Of a stretch of 64,000 nucleotides of DNA, positions 10,418-20,355 are shown one piece after another. The stretch is from an uncultured Gammaproteobacteria bacterium (GTDB taxonomy: Bacteria > Patescibacteriota > Microgenomatia > Levybacterales > GWA1-39-11): assembly GCA_964394645.1 (NCBI GenBank), contig CAYMYC010000001.1:479359-543358 (forward strand). The letters run 5' to 3'. The translations under genes and the position numbers were made by a program. Positions within the stretch are counted from its first letter, which is position 1. Every line of letters starts with the position of its first letter. The notes under the pieces are model-generated. The model worked only from the letters and a program-made list of their open reading frames with translations, was not told the DNA's origin and searched no databases.

Positions 10418-11827
10418 TTATATTTTTGGTTTTTCGTTTGAAAAATCTGTTTTATTTTCAAATTGGTGGGCAAATCTTAGGACAAGTTCCTCTGAAAATT
10501 GCTTTCCTATTATTTGAAGTCCTATGGGTAGCCCTGATTTTGTAAAACCAGATCTAATGTTTATTCCAGGAAGTCCTGCTATAGACGACGGTTCTACTAA
10601 TACATCCGCTAGTTCTCCAAACATGGATTGTCCTTTGCTTGCACCTACGGCAAGGGCAGGGGTAGGGCTAGTAGGTGCTACTATTACATCCACATCCTTA
10701 AACGCATTATCAAAATCTTGTACTATAATAGTTCTTACTTGTTGTGCTTTTTTGTAGAAAGCGTCATAGTATCCTGCAGATAATGTGTAGGTTCCTAGCA
10801 TGATTCTTCGTTTTGCTTCGTCTCCAAAAAAAGACCTGTCGGCTCCATAACGTATTCCGTCAAAACGGGCAAGGTTAGAAGACACTTCAGAGCGTTGGAT
10901 AATTGTATAAACTGCTATTGAATATTTAGGCGGGAAAAGTTTTATAGTTTTAACCTTTGCTCCCATCTTCTCAAATTGTTTTAGTGATTCTTTTACAGAT
11001 TGAGATACTTCATTGTCAACTCCATCAAAATAATCGTCTGAAACGCCTATGGTAAGACCAGATATAGATTCGTTTAGTTTGTCTGCTAGTTTAGGAAGTA
11101 CTTTGGTTGAAGTAGTTGCGTCTAGTGGATCGTGTCCGGCAAGTACATGAAGGATTAATGCGCTGTCTTCTACTGTTTTTGTCATTGGTCCGGGCGAATC
11201 CAATGAAGATCCCATTGCTATTACGCCATATCTACTAACTCTGCCGTATGTAGGTTTTAGTCCTACAATCCCGCACCAAGAGGCAGGTTGTCGTATAGAT
11301 CCTGCAGTTTCAGACCCAATAGAGGCTATTGCCTCATCTGCCGCTATGGCAGCGGCACTTCCACCTGAAGATCCCCCAGGCAAGTGAGCCGTATTCCACG
11401 GATTTTTTGTTGTACCGTAGTCCGAGGTTTCAGTAGACGAACCATGCGCCCATGCATCCATATTGGATTTTCCAATTATGACAATTCCTGCGTCTTTTAA
11501 TTTTCTTACGACAGTTGAATCAAATGGAGGGATATATGAATCAAGTAACCTACTAGATGCAGTAGTTTTAATGCCTTGTGTTGTAAAGTTATCCTTAATA
11601 ATAAATGGCACTCCTAGTAGCGGAAGGCTTACTCCTGATGAGAGTGCTTCATCCGCTTGTGCTGCTCTTTCAAGTGCTTCCTTTTCTGTTATTGTAACTA
11701 GTGCGTTTATTTTAGGTTCTACTTCTTTTATCCTATCTATGCATGCTTGAGTTACCTCAGTTGACGAAAATTTTTTTGCAGCAAGTCCACTTATAGTTTC
11801 CTTGAGAGTTAAAGATGATAAATTCAT
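10418..11827 (-). CDS. gatA: Glu-tRNA(Gln) amidotransferase subunit A
   Basis: 469 aa carrying the amidase signature GGSSGGSAAAIAA...GSETAGSIRQPA. Confidence 0.95.
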   Translation of the reverse strand: MNLSSLTLKETISGLAAKKFSSTEVTQACIDRIKEVEPKINALVTITEKEALERAAQADEALSSGVSLPLLGVPFIIKDNFTTQGIKTTASSRLLDSYIPPFDSTVVRKLKDAGIVIIGKSNMDAWAHGSSTETSDYGTTKNPWNTAHLPGGSSGGSAAAIAADEAIASIGSETAGSIRQPASWCGIVGLKPTYGRVSRYGVIAMGSSLDSPGPMTKTVEDSALILHVLAGHDPLDATTSTKVLPKLADKLNESISGLTIGVSDDYFDGVDNEVSQSVKESLKQFEKMGAKVKTIKLFPPKYSIAVYTIIQRSEVSSNLARFDGIRYGADRSFFGDEAKRRIMLGTYTLSAGYYDAFYKKAQQVRTIIVQDFDNAFKDVDVIVAPTSPTPALAVGASKGQSMFGELADVLVEPSSIAGLPGINIRSGFTKSGLPIGLQIIGKQFSEELVLRFAHQFENKTDFSNEKPKI

Positions 11828-11828
11828 A

Positions 11829-12113
11829 TTAATTTTGTTCTAAAATTGCCTTCACTTTAAAAAACCCGTTATAAGTTGAATCTGTATTTTGTAAAGCCTG
11901 ATTTTGGGTAAGTGAAGGGGTTATAATATCTTCACGTAATACGTTTACAAGTCCTGTAACCTGTGAGGTAGGTTCTACATTTTCTGTTTTAATTTCTTCC
12001 AGACTTTGAATATAAGAAACGGTTTCTTCTAATTGGGACGCAAATTTTTTTTCATCTTCTGGAGAAAGAGGAAGGTTTGCAAGCTCTGCAACCCTTTTTA
12101 CATCAATTTTCAT
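11829..12113 (-). CDS. gatC: Glu-tRNA(Gln) amidotransferase subunit C
   Basis: 94 aa, immediately upstream of gatA. Typical GatC N-terminus (VKRVAELANLPLSPEDEKKF). Confidence 0.85.
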   Translation of the reverse strand: MKIDVKRVAELANLPLSPEDEKKFASQLEETVSYIQSLEEIKTENVEPTSQVTGLVNVLREDIITPSLTQNQALQNTDSTYNGFFKVKAILEQN

Positions 12114-12127
12114 AAGCTCAATTATAG

Positions 12128-12718
12128 GTGTTTAAATTTCTATTCGCAATAAGCTTGATAGAGGGTTATAATAGCGGCATGGTAATAGAAAGAACATTAG
12201 GAACACTTAGATGGGCAGAAGCGCAAGCAGAAAGAAGAACTTTGGAGCGTAAGATCCTTCACACATCTGGATTTGTACAGCTAGCAGAGTATATAGAGAG
12301 CGTGAGTCCACTTTCTAAAGTTAATATTTTTGACGGTTTAGTTGAAGCAAGAACTAAAAAGGAAGGACAGAAAACAAATATTATAAAAAATTCTGAGCCC
12401 CCGTATATCAAGATAAGTGGTCCTTTAGAAATAAATAAAGAGATCTCTACTGAAATTCTTGTTCAGGGAGATATGAGTATAGCCGTAATTTGCATGAAAA
12501 ATACTCCAGAGGTAGTGATACATACAACTAGAAGGGGGCAAGGGTTGAGTGGGCTAAATCCTGTTCAGGCTGATTTTAATGAGGTATTACCTTATTCAAA
12601 CGATATCTATGAGCATGTCGTTGATGTTATGAAAAATGTTAGTCTCTTTGGTAGTACTGACCCAGAGATCTATAATTTGCTGTATGACAAGGCTATAGAG
12701 CTATCTAAAGCGAGATAG
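12128..12718 (+). CDS. Hypothetical protein
   Basis: 196-aa ORF on the opposite strand to the gat operon. No recognisable motif. The true start may be the internal Met at about 12179. Confidence 0.4.
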   Translation: MFKFLFAISLIEGYNSGMVIERTLGTLRWAEAQAERRTLERKILHTSGFVQLAEYIESVSPLSKVNIFDGLVEARTKKEGQKTNIIKNSEPPYIKISGPLEINKEISTEILVQGDMSIAVICMKNTPEVVIHTTRRGQGLSGLNPVQADFNEVLPYSNDIYEHVVDVMKNVSLFGSTDPEIYNLLYDKAIELSKAR

Positions 12719-13441
12719 TATTGTATTTTTTGCCTTGTGCTCTAAGAAGTCATTCAGCTCTTTTAAATCTATTTTTTCATCGTATTTTCGCTCAAGTGCT
12801 TTTTGGATGAACCAGTCAGTAAGGGTCGGGTTTTTAGGCAAAATAGGTCCATGAAGGTATGTGCCTATGGAGTTTTTAAAAATAATCCCTTCTGTTTTAT
12901 CTGTTCCATTATTTCCAAATCCTTTGATAACAGTTCCAAATGCAGTCTGTGGGTCATCTAGGTATGTTCTTCCACCATGATTTTCAAACCCAACATATTT
13001 TTCTTTATTTTTCTCAATAATAATATTGCTAATCAGTCTTTTGTGTTTTTCTCCGGGATTTTCAGTGTAAGAAGGAAAGATCTCAAGTCCAGGCAACTTC
13101 TTACCCTCTGCTGTTTTATAATACCGTCCTAGGAACTGATATGCGCCGCAAATAAATAATCCAGGAACACTGTCACCAATTAATTTCCTAAGTGTGTTTC
13201 CCTTTCTCTCAAATAGATCCTTATTTACTATCTCTTGTTGTGTATCTTGTGCCCCACCCATAAAAAGAAGATCTACTTTTTTTAATGAATCAACGTTTGT
13301 TCCAATAGATATCTTTTCAAGGCTTATCTTTATATCACGCCATTCACATCTCCTGGTAAGTACAATTATATTTCCCCGATCTCCATAAGTACTCATAAGT
13401 TCTGGGTAGAGCCATCCAATAGTTAATGCATGTTTCTTCAT
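12701..13441 (-). CDS. gatD: Lipid II isoglutaminyl synthase, glutamine amidotransferase subunit (CobB/CobQ-like GATase)
   Basis: 246-aa GATase-like protein with catalytic Cys context LFICGAYQFLG and His near the C-terminus (YLHGP). It overlaps the murT stop by 4 nt, matching the MurT/GatD pair. Confidence 0.8.
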   Translation of the reverse strand: MKKHALTIGWLYPELMSTYGDRGNIIVLTRRCEWRDIKISLEKISIGTNVDSLKKVDLLFMGGAQDTQQEIVNKDLFERKGNTLRKLIGDSVPGLFICGAYQFLGRYYKTAEGKKLPGLEIFPSYTENPGEKHKRLISNIIIEKNKEKYVGFENHGGRTYLDDPQTAFGTVIKGFGNNGTDKTEGIIFKNSIGTYLHGPILPKNPTLTDWFIQKALERKYDEKIDLKELNDFLEHKAKNTILSRFR

Positions 13442-14760
13442 AATATTGCCCGTCCTTTTAAATGTTTTCTGGTATCTAGCATGGCTGAGTAGGTGGCTAA
13501 GATATACAAAGTTTTGTCTTTGGGGATTTGATCTACCGCAAGATTTATTGCTTTGTTAAGATCTTCCTCAATTTTAAATTGTGAATTTGAAATTTGAATC
13601 CCTGAGGAGTATTTTATTCTTAATCCCATGTCAAAGCACCTGTCTCCTGAAATGGTTAAGTTCATGCATGTTTGGGCAAGTTCTTCAGTGTCGACGTCCC
13701 AAATCCAGGAAATATCTTGTCCGTCAGGAATACGGTCGTTTAAAACAAGCAGTACATTTGGGTTTTTTTCTTGTGTTAAAACTGCTTGAATTGATTGATT
13801 AAAACCTGTAGGGTTTTTAGATAACAGTAAAAATATATTTCTTCCGTTATATACAATTTTTTCTTGTCTCCCAAAAGCTGGCAGGAAATATTCAAGAGTT
13901 TTTTTAATTAATGTGCTGTCTGCCCCAAATCCTTTTTGGAGAAGTAGGGCGGCAGCATTAATGTTGTACTTATTATAAAGCCCAAATAAAGGGTTGGGTA
14001 GCTCTTCAAAAGTAGCTGTTATGCGGTGTTTGAAGTCACATTTTGGACAGGCATAAATTCCCATGTGCGAATAAGAGCGTTTTGAGTATATAAGTTCTTC
14101 TCCGCAATGTGGGCAAAAGATGAAGTCAACGTCATGTGGCGCTTCTCTTTTTGTCATATATCTTTCAGAAAGACCAAAATAAAATGAGTGAAGTGAGCAG
14201 TTTTCACCGATAAATCTCAGCATTGGATCATCACCATTTACAACAAGTATTGTTTTCTTCGGTAGTGTTTTTAAAGAGTTATTCCATTTTTTCGCGATAG
14301 AATTTACCTCTCCATACCTATCTAACTGATCTCTGAATACGTTGAGAAGGATGAGAAAAATGTCATTTTTAATAGTTGAGAGCTCAGAAATAACGAGGGG
14401 AAGGCTATTTTCGTCAACTTCAAATATTGCGACATCATAGTGAATAGTGCCGCTTATAGACATTTTTTTTAAAAGGGTAGAGGCAACACCATTTATGAGA
14501 TTTGCTCCCGTATCATTTCTGAAGACTTTTTTTCCCTGATTTGTTAGTGCTTCATGTAAAAGTTTTGCTGTGGTTGTTTTACCGTTTGTTCCTGCAACAA
14601 GAACTATATCTAGTTGTGGATTGAGTTGAAATATATTTTTTAGAAATTTTGAGTCAATTTTTAAAGCAACATGTCCTGGCCAAGTGGATCCTGCACCTCT
14701 TTTTGTAATTTCTGAAAGCTTAATGATAAATTTACCGGTAAAAATTGGAATTTGCTTCAT
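13438..14760 (-). CDS. murT: Lipid II isoglutaminyl synthase, Mur-ligase-like subunit
   Basis: 440 aa. Mur ligase central domain with P-loop GTNGKTTTAKL and the MurT-specific Cys4 ribbon (CPHCGEELIY...CPKCDF). Operon partner of gatD. Confidence 0.85.
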   Translation of the reverse strand: MKQIPIFTGKFIIKLSEITKRGAGSTWPGHVALKIDSKFLKNIFQLNPQLDIVLVAGTNGKTTTAKLLHEALTNQGKKVFRNDTGANLINGVASTLLKKMSISGTIHYDVAIFEVDENSLPLVISELSTIKNDIFLILLNVFRDQLDRYGEVNSIAKKWNNSLKTLPKKTILVVNGDDPMLRFIGENCSLHSFYFGLSERYMTKREAPHDVDFIFCPHCGEELIYSKRSYSHMGIYACPKCDFKHRITATFEELPNPLFGLYNKYNINAAALLLQKGFGADSTLIKKTLEYFLPAFGRQEKIVYNGRNIFLLLSKNPTGFNQSIQAVLTQEKNPNVLLVLNDRIPDGQDISWIWDVDTEELAQTCMNLTISGDRCFDMGLRIKYSSGIQISNSQFKIEEDLNKAINLAVDQIPKDKTLYILATYSAMLDTRKHLKGRAIL

Positions 14761-14766
14761 GTCATT

Positions 14767-14795
14767 ATTATACTCGGTAAATTGCGTATTTCTAA
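14767..14795 (-). promoter_or_regulatory. Candidate sigma70-like promoter for murT-gatD (minus strand: TTAGAA-N17-TATAAT)
   Basis: The reverse complement of 14761-14800 reads ...TTAGAAatacgcaatttaccgagTATAATaatgacATG, ending at the murT start. Confidence 0.4.
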
Positions 14796-14821
14796 TATCT
14801 AATTTAAGGTGATATTTCTTC

Positions 14822-15733
14822 CTACATTTCTCTGAGTATTTTTACACGTTCCATAACAGGTGGGTGTGTGGAGAATAGACCAATAAACCAGGATGTTTTG
14901 TGTTTTGTATCGTTTTTAAACGGGCTCTCAAAGTAAAGGTGGGCAGTTGCAGGGGATGCGTGTTTGAGTGCGTGTTTGTCATTTGCTATTTTCTCAAGAG
15001 CAGATGCTAACCCTTCTGGATAGCGGGTTATAAGAGCTCCATCAGCATCAGCAAGAAATTCACGTTTTCTTGAAACCGCAAGTTGTATAAGTGTTGCAAT
15101 AATTGGTGCAAGAATTGCCATGATAATTGCTAATATCATAAAAATACCGTTTGCACGACTGTCTCCTCGATCGCTATCCCTACCTCTAAACGAGCTAAAA
15201 AACATACTTCTAAAAAATACATCTGAAAGAATGGCAAGAGAACCGACTAGTATTGCTACTATAGCCATAAGTCGCGTATCATAATTTTTAACATGTGACA
15301 ACTCATGGGCAAGAACTCCCTCTAATTCAGATTTTTTAAGGAGTAAAAGTAGTCCTGTTGTTGCAGCGATTGCTGCGTGTTTGGGGCTTCTTCCCGTTGC
15401 AAACGCGTTTGGTGCGGGATCATTTATTACATATACTTTGGGCATTGGTAGTCCAGTTGCTATACTTAAATTCTCAATTGATAGATATAAATCCTTGTAC
15501 TCTTCTCTGGTTGCGGGTTTCGCACCAGACATAGATAGTATTAGTTTGTCTGAATAATAGTATGAGGAAAAAGAAATAAGTCCAGAGATAACGAGCATGA
15601 TGCCTGCAAATGAAAGTCCGTATCCCATTGCGCGTCCAAGTATGTAGGACACTAAAAAGAAAAACAAGATAAAACATAGCATGATAAGAACTGTTTTTCT
15701 TTTGTTAGAGCCGATGTTTCCGCGAATTGACAT
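14822..15733 (-). CDS. htpX: M48-family zinc metalloprotease
   Basis: 303 aa. Multi-TM N-terminus, HEXXH motif HELSHVKNYD and a downstream Glu ligand region. Typical HtpX architecture. Confidence 0.9.
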   Translation of the reverse strand: MSIRGNIGSNKRKTVLIMLCFILFFFLVSYILGRAMGYGLSFAGIMLVISGLISFSSYYYSDKLILSMSGAKPATREEYKDLYLSIENLSIATGLPMPKVYVINDPAPNAFATGRSPKHAAIAATTGLLLLLKKSELEGVLAHELSHVKNYDTRLMAIVAILVGSLAILSDVFFRSMFFSSFRGRDSDRGDSRANGIFMILAIIMAILAPIIATLIQLAVSRKREFLADADGALITRYPEGLASALEKIANDKHALKHASPATAHLYFESPFKNDTKHKTSWFIGLFSTHPPVMERVKILREM

Positions 15734-15764
15734 ATAACTGTATTAAAAAGCGAAATGGAGAGGG

Positions 15765-16340
15765 TTAAAATGAAACTTTTACTTCTTTTTTTGCGGCTTC
15801 TTCTGCCTCAAAAAATTCTTTTTCAGTAAATTTAAAGCGCGTGGCTATTAGATTTGCTGGGAATGTTTGAATTTTTGCATTGTAGTCCAAAACGTTTGAG
15901 TTGTAAAATTGTCTAGAGTAAGATATTTTGTTTTCAGTATCTGTTAATTCTTCTTGAAGGTGCTTAAAATTATCTGACGCCTTTAGATCTGGATATGCCT
16001 CTGCAACAGCAAAAAGAGATTTTAGCGCGCCTGTGAGCATGTCTTCAGCAGCCGCCTTTTCTTTTAAGGATCCAGCGCCCATCATGGCACTTCTTGCCTT
16101 TGTCACGCTTTCAAAAACTGTTTTTTCGTGTTTTGCATAGCCTTTTACTGTTTCGACAAGATTTGGAATAAGATCTGCGCGACGTTTAAGTTGAACATCA
16201 ATTGAAGAAAGTGCTTCTTTTATTCTTTCACGAAGGACAATAAGAGAGTTATAGGTAAGCCACAAATAGAAAATAATGCCGACAACTACAATAAGAAATA
16301 CAGCTATATATACACCCATTCGTACATTTTGGCACAACAC
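15765..16340 (-). CDS. lemA: LemA family protein
   Basis: 191 aa. Single N-terminal TM, then the LemA core [44 protein letters not shown]. Confidence 0.85.
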   Translation of the reverse strand: MLCQNVRMGVYIAVFLIVVVGIIFYLWLTYNSLIVLRERIKEALSSIDVQLKRRADLIPNLVETVKGYAKHEKTVFESVTKARSAMMGAGSLKEKAAAEDMLTGALKSLFAVAEAYPDLKASDNFKHLQEELTDTENKISYSRQFYNSNVLDYNAKIQTFPANLIATRFKFTEKEFFEAEEAAKKEVKVSF

Positions 16341-16368
16341 ACGCTAGTTGTCAAGGAAGCCAGTGGGG

Positions 16369-18153
16369 TTATGATCTTAGCCACTGAGCAAAGTTTTCAA
16401 AATTCCATGAATTAATTACGTCTTTTTTTGTGCACCATCCGCGTCTTGCTACAGAAACGCCGTAAAACATGTTATCCATGTGGGATAGAGCATGACTGTC
16501 TGTATTAATTATAAATTTTACATTTTGGTCTTTTGCTTCTTTTACCAAGCTATCGGTCAAATCAAGACGTTCTGGCCACGCGTTAATTTCTAGTGCTTTG
16601 TTGTTTTTTGCAGCATATGAAAAAAGCTCACTCCAATGTAGCTCATATCCCGTCCTTGTGTTCAGTAGCCTTCCCGTGGGGTGAGCAAGAATTTTTGCTT
16701 TCGGATGCTCGAGTCCTTTTATAACTCTTTCCGTCATTTTATCAATTGGTGTTTTAAAAGAACTATGAATTGATACAATCGCTGCGTCAAGGTACTCAAA
16801 AGCCTTATCATCTAACGCAAGATCTCCCGAAGCTAAAATGTCAACTTCAAGCAAATTTACTATACGAATACTATTTTTGTACGTTAACTTTAGTTTATCA
16901 ATTTTATCTTTCCTTCTCTTTAATATTTCGTATATTTCATTTTTGCTGTGATTCATAACGCTTGGGTTATGTTCCGAGAAGGCAAAGTAGGTATACCTAA
17001 GTTTAATTGCACGTTCTAGCATGACTTCCATAGACACATTCCCATAGTCATGACTTGATTCGATCGGATAATTTGAGTGTATATGTAAATCTCCTTGTAT
17101 ATCAGAAAGCTTTACGAGATTTGGTAAGTCATGGTTTATTGCCTTCTCAATCTCCCCTTGGTTTTCTCGGATTTCAGGAGGAATCCAGTCCATGCCCAAG
17201 TATTTATAAAATTTTTCCTCAGTTTTAAATTCAATTAGCTCGTTTTCTCTATTTTGTAGTTTTATTCCTCTTTCAGAAAGTGAAAAACCTTTTTTTAGTG
17301 CATACTCACGTAGGGCAACGTTGTGGTTTTTACTGCCAGTAAAGTGCTGTAAGAGTGAGCCATATTGATTGGGTGGTAACACAAGAAGGTCTACATGTTT
17401 TCCTCCCCCTATTAGGAGCGATGCAGTAGTTGGTCCCCTTTCTATTACCCGTTCTTGTCCTGGAAATGATATAAAATGTTTTATTACGTTTTCTGATTCG
17501 TTTGTGGTTACAGCAATATCTATATCTCCAACAGTTGAAACCATCCGTCTGAGGCTACCTAATGGTTGAATGTCAATTATATTTTTATTTTGCTTCATAA
17601 ATGAGATTACGGCTTGAGCGTGTCCAAAAGCAAGTGGGAGCACCATTCTTCCTGTTTTAGTAGTGCCATTATTATATTCATCTATTGCCCGTAAAATATC
17701 TGTTTGAGATTTTTCTCCGAAGCCATCCAATTCAGCGATTCTATTGTTTTGTGCAAGTTGGTATATTTCTTTTATAACTTTTTTTGGATCATGAAGTTTA
17801 AAATGAGAAACTAATTTATACGCTTTTTTAGGACCAAATGAGGGAATATCTAAAAGTGGAAAAACGGCAGGGGATATATCAGACAACAGTGTGTCATAGT
17901 GTTCTACGTGACCAGTTTCAAATAGCTCTACAAGTCGTTCGCTAATGGTTTTTCCTATGCCATCTATGTTTTGTAGGTTGCCTTGTTTTTTATAAAGGGT
18001 ACTAAGCTCTGTGTTTGCACGCTCAACAGCGTCAGCTGCTTTCTGGTATGCGATAATTTGAAACTTATACTTTTTTTCGTCTTGTATGGTATAGGCAGCA
18101 GCTACTTTTTTAAAGAGATGGACAATTTCCTTATTCGACATATGTAACTTCAC
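16369..18153 (-). CDS. polX: PolX-family DNA polymerase with C-terminal PHP phosphoesterase domain
   Basis: 594 aa. N-terminal HhH/pol-beta-like region (GIGKTISERLVEL). PHP domain has HIHSNYP...SHD and C-terminal His/Asp motifs (INTDSHALSHMD). Confidence 0.85.
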   Translation of the reverse strand: MKLHMSNKEIVHLFKKVAAAYTIQDEKKYKFQIIAYQKAADAVERANTELSTLYKKQGNLQNIDGIGKTISERLVELFETGHVEHYDTLLSDISPAVFPLLDIPSFGPKKAYKLVSHFKLHDPKKVIKEIYQLAQNNRIAELDGFGEKSQTDILRAIDEYNNGTTKTGRMVLPLAFGHAQAVISFMKQNKNIIDIQPLGSLRRMVSTVGDIDIAVTTNESENVIKHFISFPGQERVIERGPTTASLLIGGGKHVDLLVLPPNQYGSLLQHFTGSKNHNVALREYALKKGFSLSERGIKLQNRENELIEFKTEEKFYKYLGMDWIPPEIRENQGEIEKAINHDLPNLVKLSDIQGDLHIHSNYPIESSHDYGNVSMEVMLERAIKLRYTYFAFSEHNPSVMNHSKNEIYEILKRRKDKIDKLKLTYKNSIRIVNLLEVDILASGDLALDDKAFEYLDAAIVSIHSSFKTPIDKMTERVIKGLEHPKAKILAHPTGRLLNTRTGYELHWSELFSYAAKNNKALEINAWPERLDLTDSLVKEAKDQNVKFIINTDSHALSHMDNMFYGVSVARRGWCTKKDVINSWNFENFAQWLRS

Positions 18154-18253
18154 TTAGGTTATATTAGCAAAGCGTTGACCTTCACGCAAGAATTTAATAC
18201 AATACGAATATCCAATTTAAATTTTAGTCTTATTGACTGATAAAATTTACTTT

Positions 18254-18327
18254 GGGGGCGTAGCTCAGTTGGTTAGAGCGCCTCCCTGTCACGGAGGAGG
18301 TCGCGGGTTCGAGTCCCGTCGCTCCCG
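18254..18327 (+). tRNA. tRNA-Asp(GTC)
   Basis: Manually folded cloverleaf. Acceptor GGGGGCG/CGCTCCC, D arm GCTC...GAGC, anticodon stem CCTCC/GGAGG with loop CTGTCAC, T arm GCGGG-TTCGAGT-CCCGT, discriminator G. CCA is not encoded. Confidence 0.9.
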
Positions 18328-18416
18328 CATTAGAGAAATCCATATTGATTTTTAAAAAAAACATAGTATAGTACAAAGACGATCGAGTCTGTCCACGTTT
18401 CTGCCCCAATTTTTAT

Positions 18417-19103
18417 ATGTCTAAAAAAACCAAAAAAGACGAAGCTAAACCAATGTCTAAAAAAAGAGAAGTTCTTACTACTTCAGACTCTTATAAAAGT
18501 CTCTTATATGGGGTTGTCACTGTAATCATATTATTTATCATAGGATTTGGTACTGTTAAGCTATTAATAAATAGACCTACTCCCGCGATAGATGATCACG
18601 CAGTAAGCATCAGTAATATTACCCCAATCCCCACAGAGGAACAGGCAGGAGAGCTATATCTTCCTGATGCGCCTAAGGGTATAGGGGAGAAAACACATAT
18701 TGTTTCTGAGGATGAGTCTTTGTGGCAGATTGCTGAAAAAGAATATAATGATGGCTATAAGTGGGTGGAGATAGCACGCGCAAACAATATTTCAGACCCG
18801 AGCATTATTTTTAAAGGAGACAGGCTTAGACTTCCGAAGCTAGCGACTGCAAAGACTGAGATCAGCCCTGATATGAAGTCTGATATAAAAGCCGAACAGA
18901 ATATGAGCAGTAAGGATGCAGATGTTTCTAAAAAAACTGACATGAAAGACGATACCTATACAATAAAGGCAGGAGACGATTTATGGGATATTGCGGAGCG
19001 AGTATATAATGATGGCTATAAGTGGGTGGAGATAGCACGAGCAAACAATATTTCAGACCCTAACCTCATTCACGTAGACAACGTTCTCAAATTGCCTAGA
19101 TGA
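18417..19103 (+). CDS. Membrane-anchored protein with two LysM peptidoglycan-binding domains
   Basis: 228 aa with an N-terminal TM. Two LysM repeats are encoded by near-identical 57-bp DNA repeats (HIVSEDESLWQIAEKEYNDGYKWVEIARANNISDP...; YTIKAGDDLWDIAERVYNDGYKWVEIARANNISDP...). Confidence 0.85.
   Translation: MSKKTKKDEAKPMSKKREVLTTSDSYKSLLYGVVTVIILFIIGFGTVKLLINRPTPAIDDHAVSISNITPIPTEEQAGELYLPDAPKGIGEKTHIVSEDESLWQIAEKEYNDGYKWVEIARANNISDPSIIFKGDRLRLPKLATAKTEISPDMKSDIKAEQNMSSKDADVSKKTDMKDDTYTIKAGDDLWDIAERVYNDGYKWVEIARANNISDPNLIHVDNVLKLPR
18743..18799 (+). repeat. Intragenic direct repeat, copy 1 (57 bp, 1 mismatch to copy 2 at 19004-19060)
   Basis: The string atataatgatggctataagtgggtggagatagcacg[c/a]gcaaacaatatttcagaccc occurs twice inside the LysM gene. 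Confidence 0.9.
19004..19060 (+). repeat. Intragenic direct repeat, copy 2
   Basis: Second copy of the 57-bp LysM-encoding repeat. Confidence 0.9.
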
Positions 19104-19125
19104 TCTGATATAATCAAGAAAATCT

Positions 19126-19197
19126 GCGGCGGTAATTCACCGGTAGAATGTCTCCTTCCCAAGGAGAATGTAGAGGGTTCGACTCCCTTTCGCCGCT
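19126..19197 (+). tRNA. tRNA-Gly(CCC)
   Basis: Manual fold. Acceptor GCGGCGG/TCGCCGC, D arm ATTC-ACCGGTA-GAAT, anticodon stem TCTCC/GGAGA with loop TTCCCAA, T arm GAGGG-TTCGACT-CCCTT. Discriminator is U, as expected for Gly. Confidence 0.8.
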
Positions 19198-19255
19198 CAC
19201 ATTCATCTGTTTTTTACGAATCTTTCAATGAGCTTTTTTACCTCTGCGATAATTA

Positions 19256-20353
19256 ATGTATAATCTCCACATGGAGAAGAATCCTCGATCGTTTAGGTCA
19301 GAACATAACCTTTATAATAAATTTTATAAAATACTTCCAACCATAGATTATCTGACTGATCATCTACTAGAAGTACAAGATGCTACACAAAGAGTGTGGC
19401 TTCAAACTATGGCTTTAGAATCAGGTCACTTCACCAACTTGCTAACTCAACATCTTATTGCTGCAGCGAAACGGGGAGTGGATGTTAGAGTTTCATATGA
19501 CGCATATTCCACGTTCGTGACAGATAACAGATTCAATCACCTCCCTGCGCTTAATCGAGAACAGCGAGAGCATCAGCGATTTGTTCGTAGGAATCAGTTA
19601 GACATGATACAGTCTCTAAAAGAATGTTGTGCAGTTGTTCAAACAAATTATCCTATGGGAATTTCAAACATACTCCCTTTCAGGGGTGTTAGGGGAAGGG
19701 ATCACAAAAAGATTTCTATTGTGGACGATGTTGCATACATAGGGGGTGTTAACATGGCACCTTTAGATGCTCAACGTACCGATTTTATGTTAAAGACAAA
19801 CGACGTTGCTTTGACTGACAAGCTATCTCTTATTTTTCTCCAGTCTTTTCATGGGATGTTTGTATCCAATAGTTTGATTGCAGTCAATGACGAGCATACA
19901 CTGTTAATCGATCAGGGGAAGCGGGGAGAATCTATTGTAATGAGAAAAACATATGATTTAGTCAATGAAGAGGATGAGAGTATAATATTAATTTCGCCTT
20001 TTTTACCTTCCGGCATGCTTAGGAAAGCTCTTAATTCGGCTAGTGACCGAGGAGTTGATGTACAAATAATTACGTCCCCGAAGAAATTGTCCGGTTTTAC
20101 TCCCCGAATATCCCAAATGGTACATAATTTCAGACAAGTTTTTCCAAGATTCGAAATTTTTAGGTATACAGATGTGGTGCATGCAAAAGCATTGCTCATA
20201 GGGAGTAAGGCAGCCATAATTGGTTCTCATAATTTTGACGAGCTATTTGTAAGACTAGGTACTGAAGAGATCTCGCTACTTACTAGTAATCCAGAAATCA
20301 TTTCTCAACTTGCAGAATTGGCAACAACAATGAGGCAGGCATCTAAAAAGTAA
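19256..20353 (+). CDS. Two-HKD phospholipase D superfamily protein (soluble cardiolipin-synthase/PLD-like)
   Basis: 365 aa. HKD motif 1 is RDHKKISIVDDVAYIGGVN. HKD motif 2 is VHAKALLIGSKAAIIGSHNFD. The N-terminal region resembles Cls-family proteins (IAAAKRGVDVRVSYD). No TM segment. First gene of a four-gene operon. Confidence 0.75.
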   Translation: MYNLHMEKNPRSFRSEHNLYNKFYKILPTIDYLTDHLLEVQDATQRVWLQTMALESGHFTNLLTQHLIAAAKRGVDVRVSYDAYSTFVTDNRFNHLPALNREQREHQRFVRRNQLDMIQSLKECCAVVQTNYPMGISNILPFRGVRGRDHKKISIVDDVAYIGGVNMAPLDAQRTDFMLKTNDVALTDKLSLIFLQSFHGMFVSNSLIAVNDEHTLLIDQGKRGESIVMRKTYDLVNEEDESIILISPFLPSGMLRKALNSASDRGVDVQIITSPKKLSGFTPRISQMVHNFRQVFPRFEIFRYTDVVHAKALLIGSKAAIIGSHNFDELFVRLGTEEISLLTSNPEIISQLAELATTMRQASKK

Positions 20354-20355
20354 AT

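Noticed and set aside
18232-18253. TTGACT upstream of tRNA-Asp as a complete promoter
   Set aside because: No acceptable -10 hexamer sits 16-18 nt downstream, because the tRNA begins there. It is reported only as part of the repeated-motif finding.
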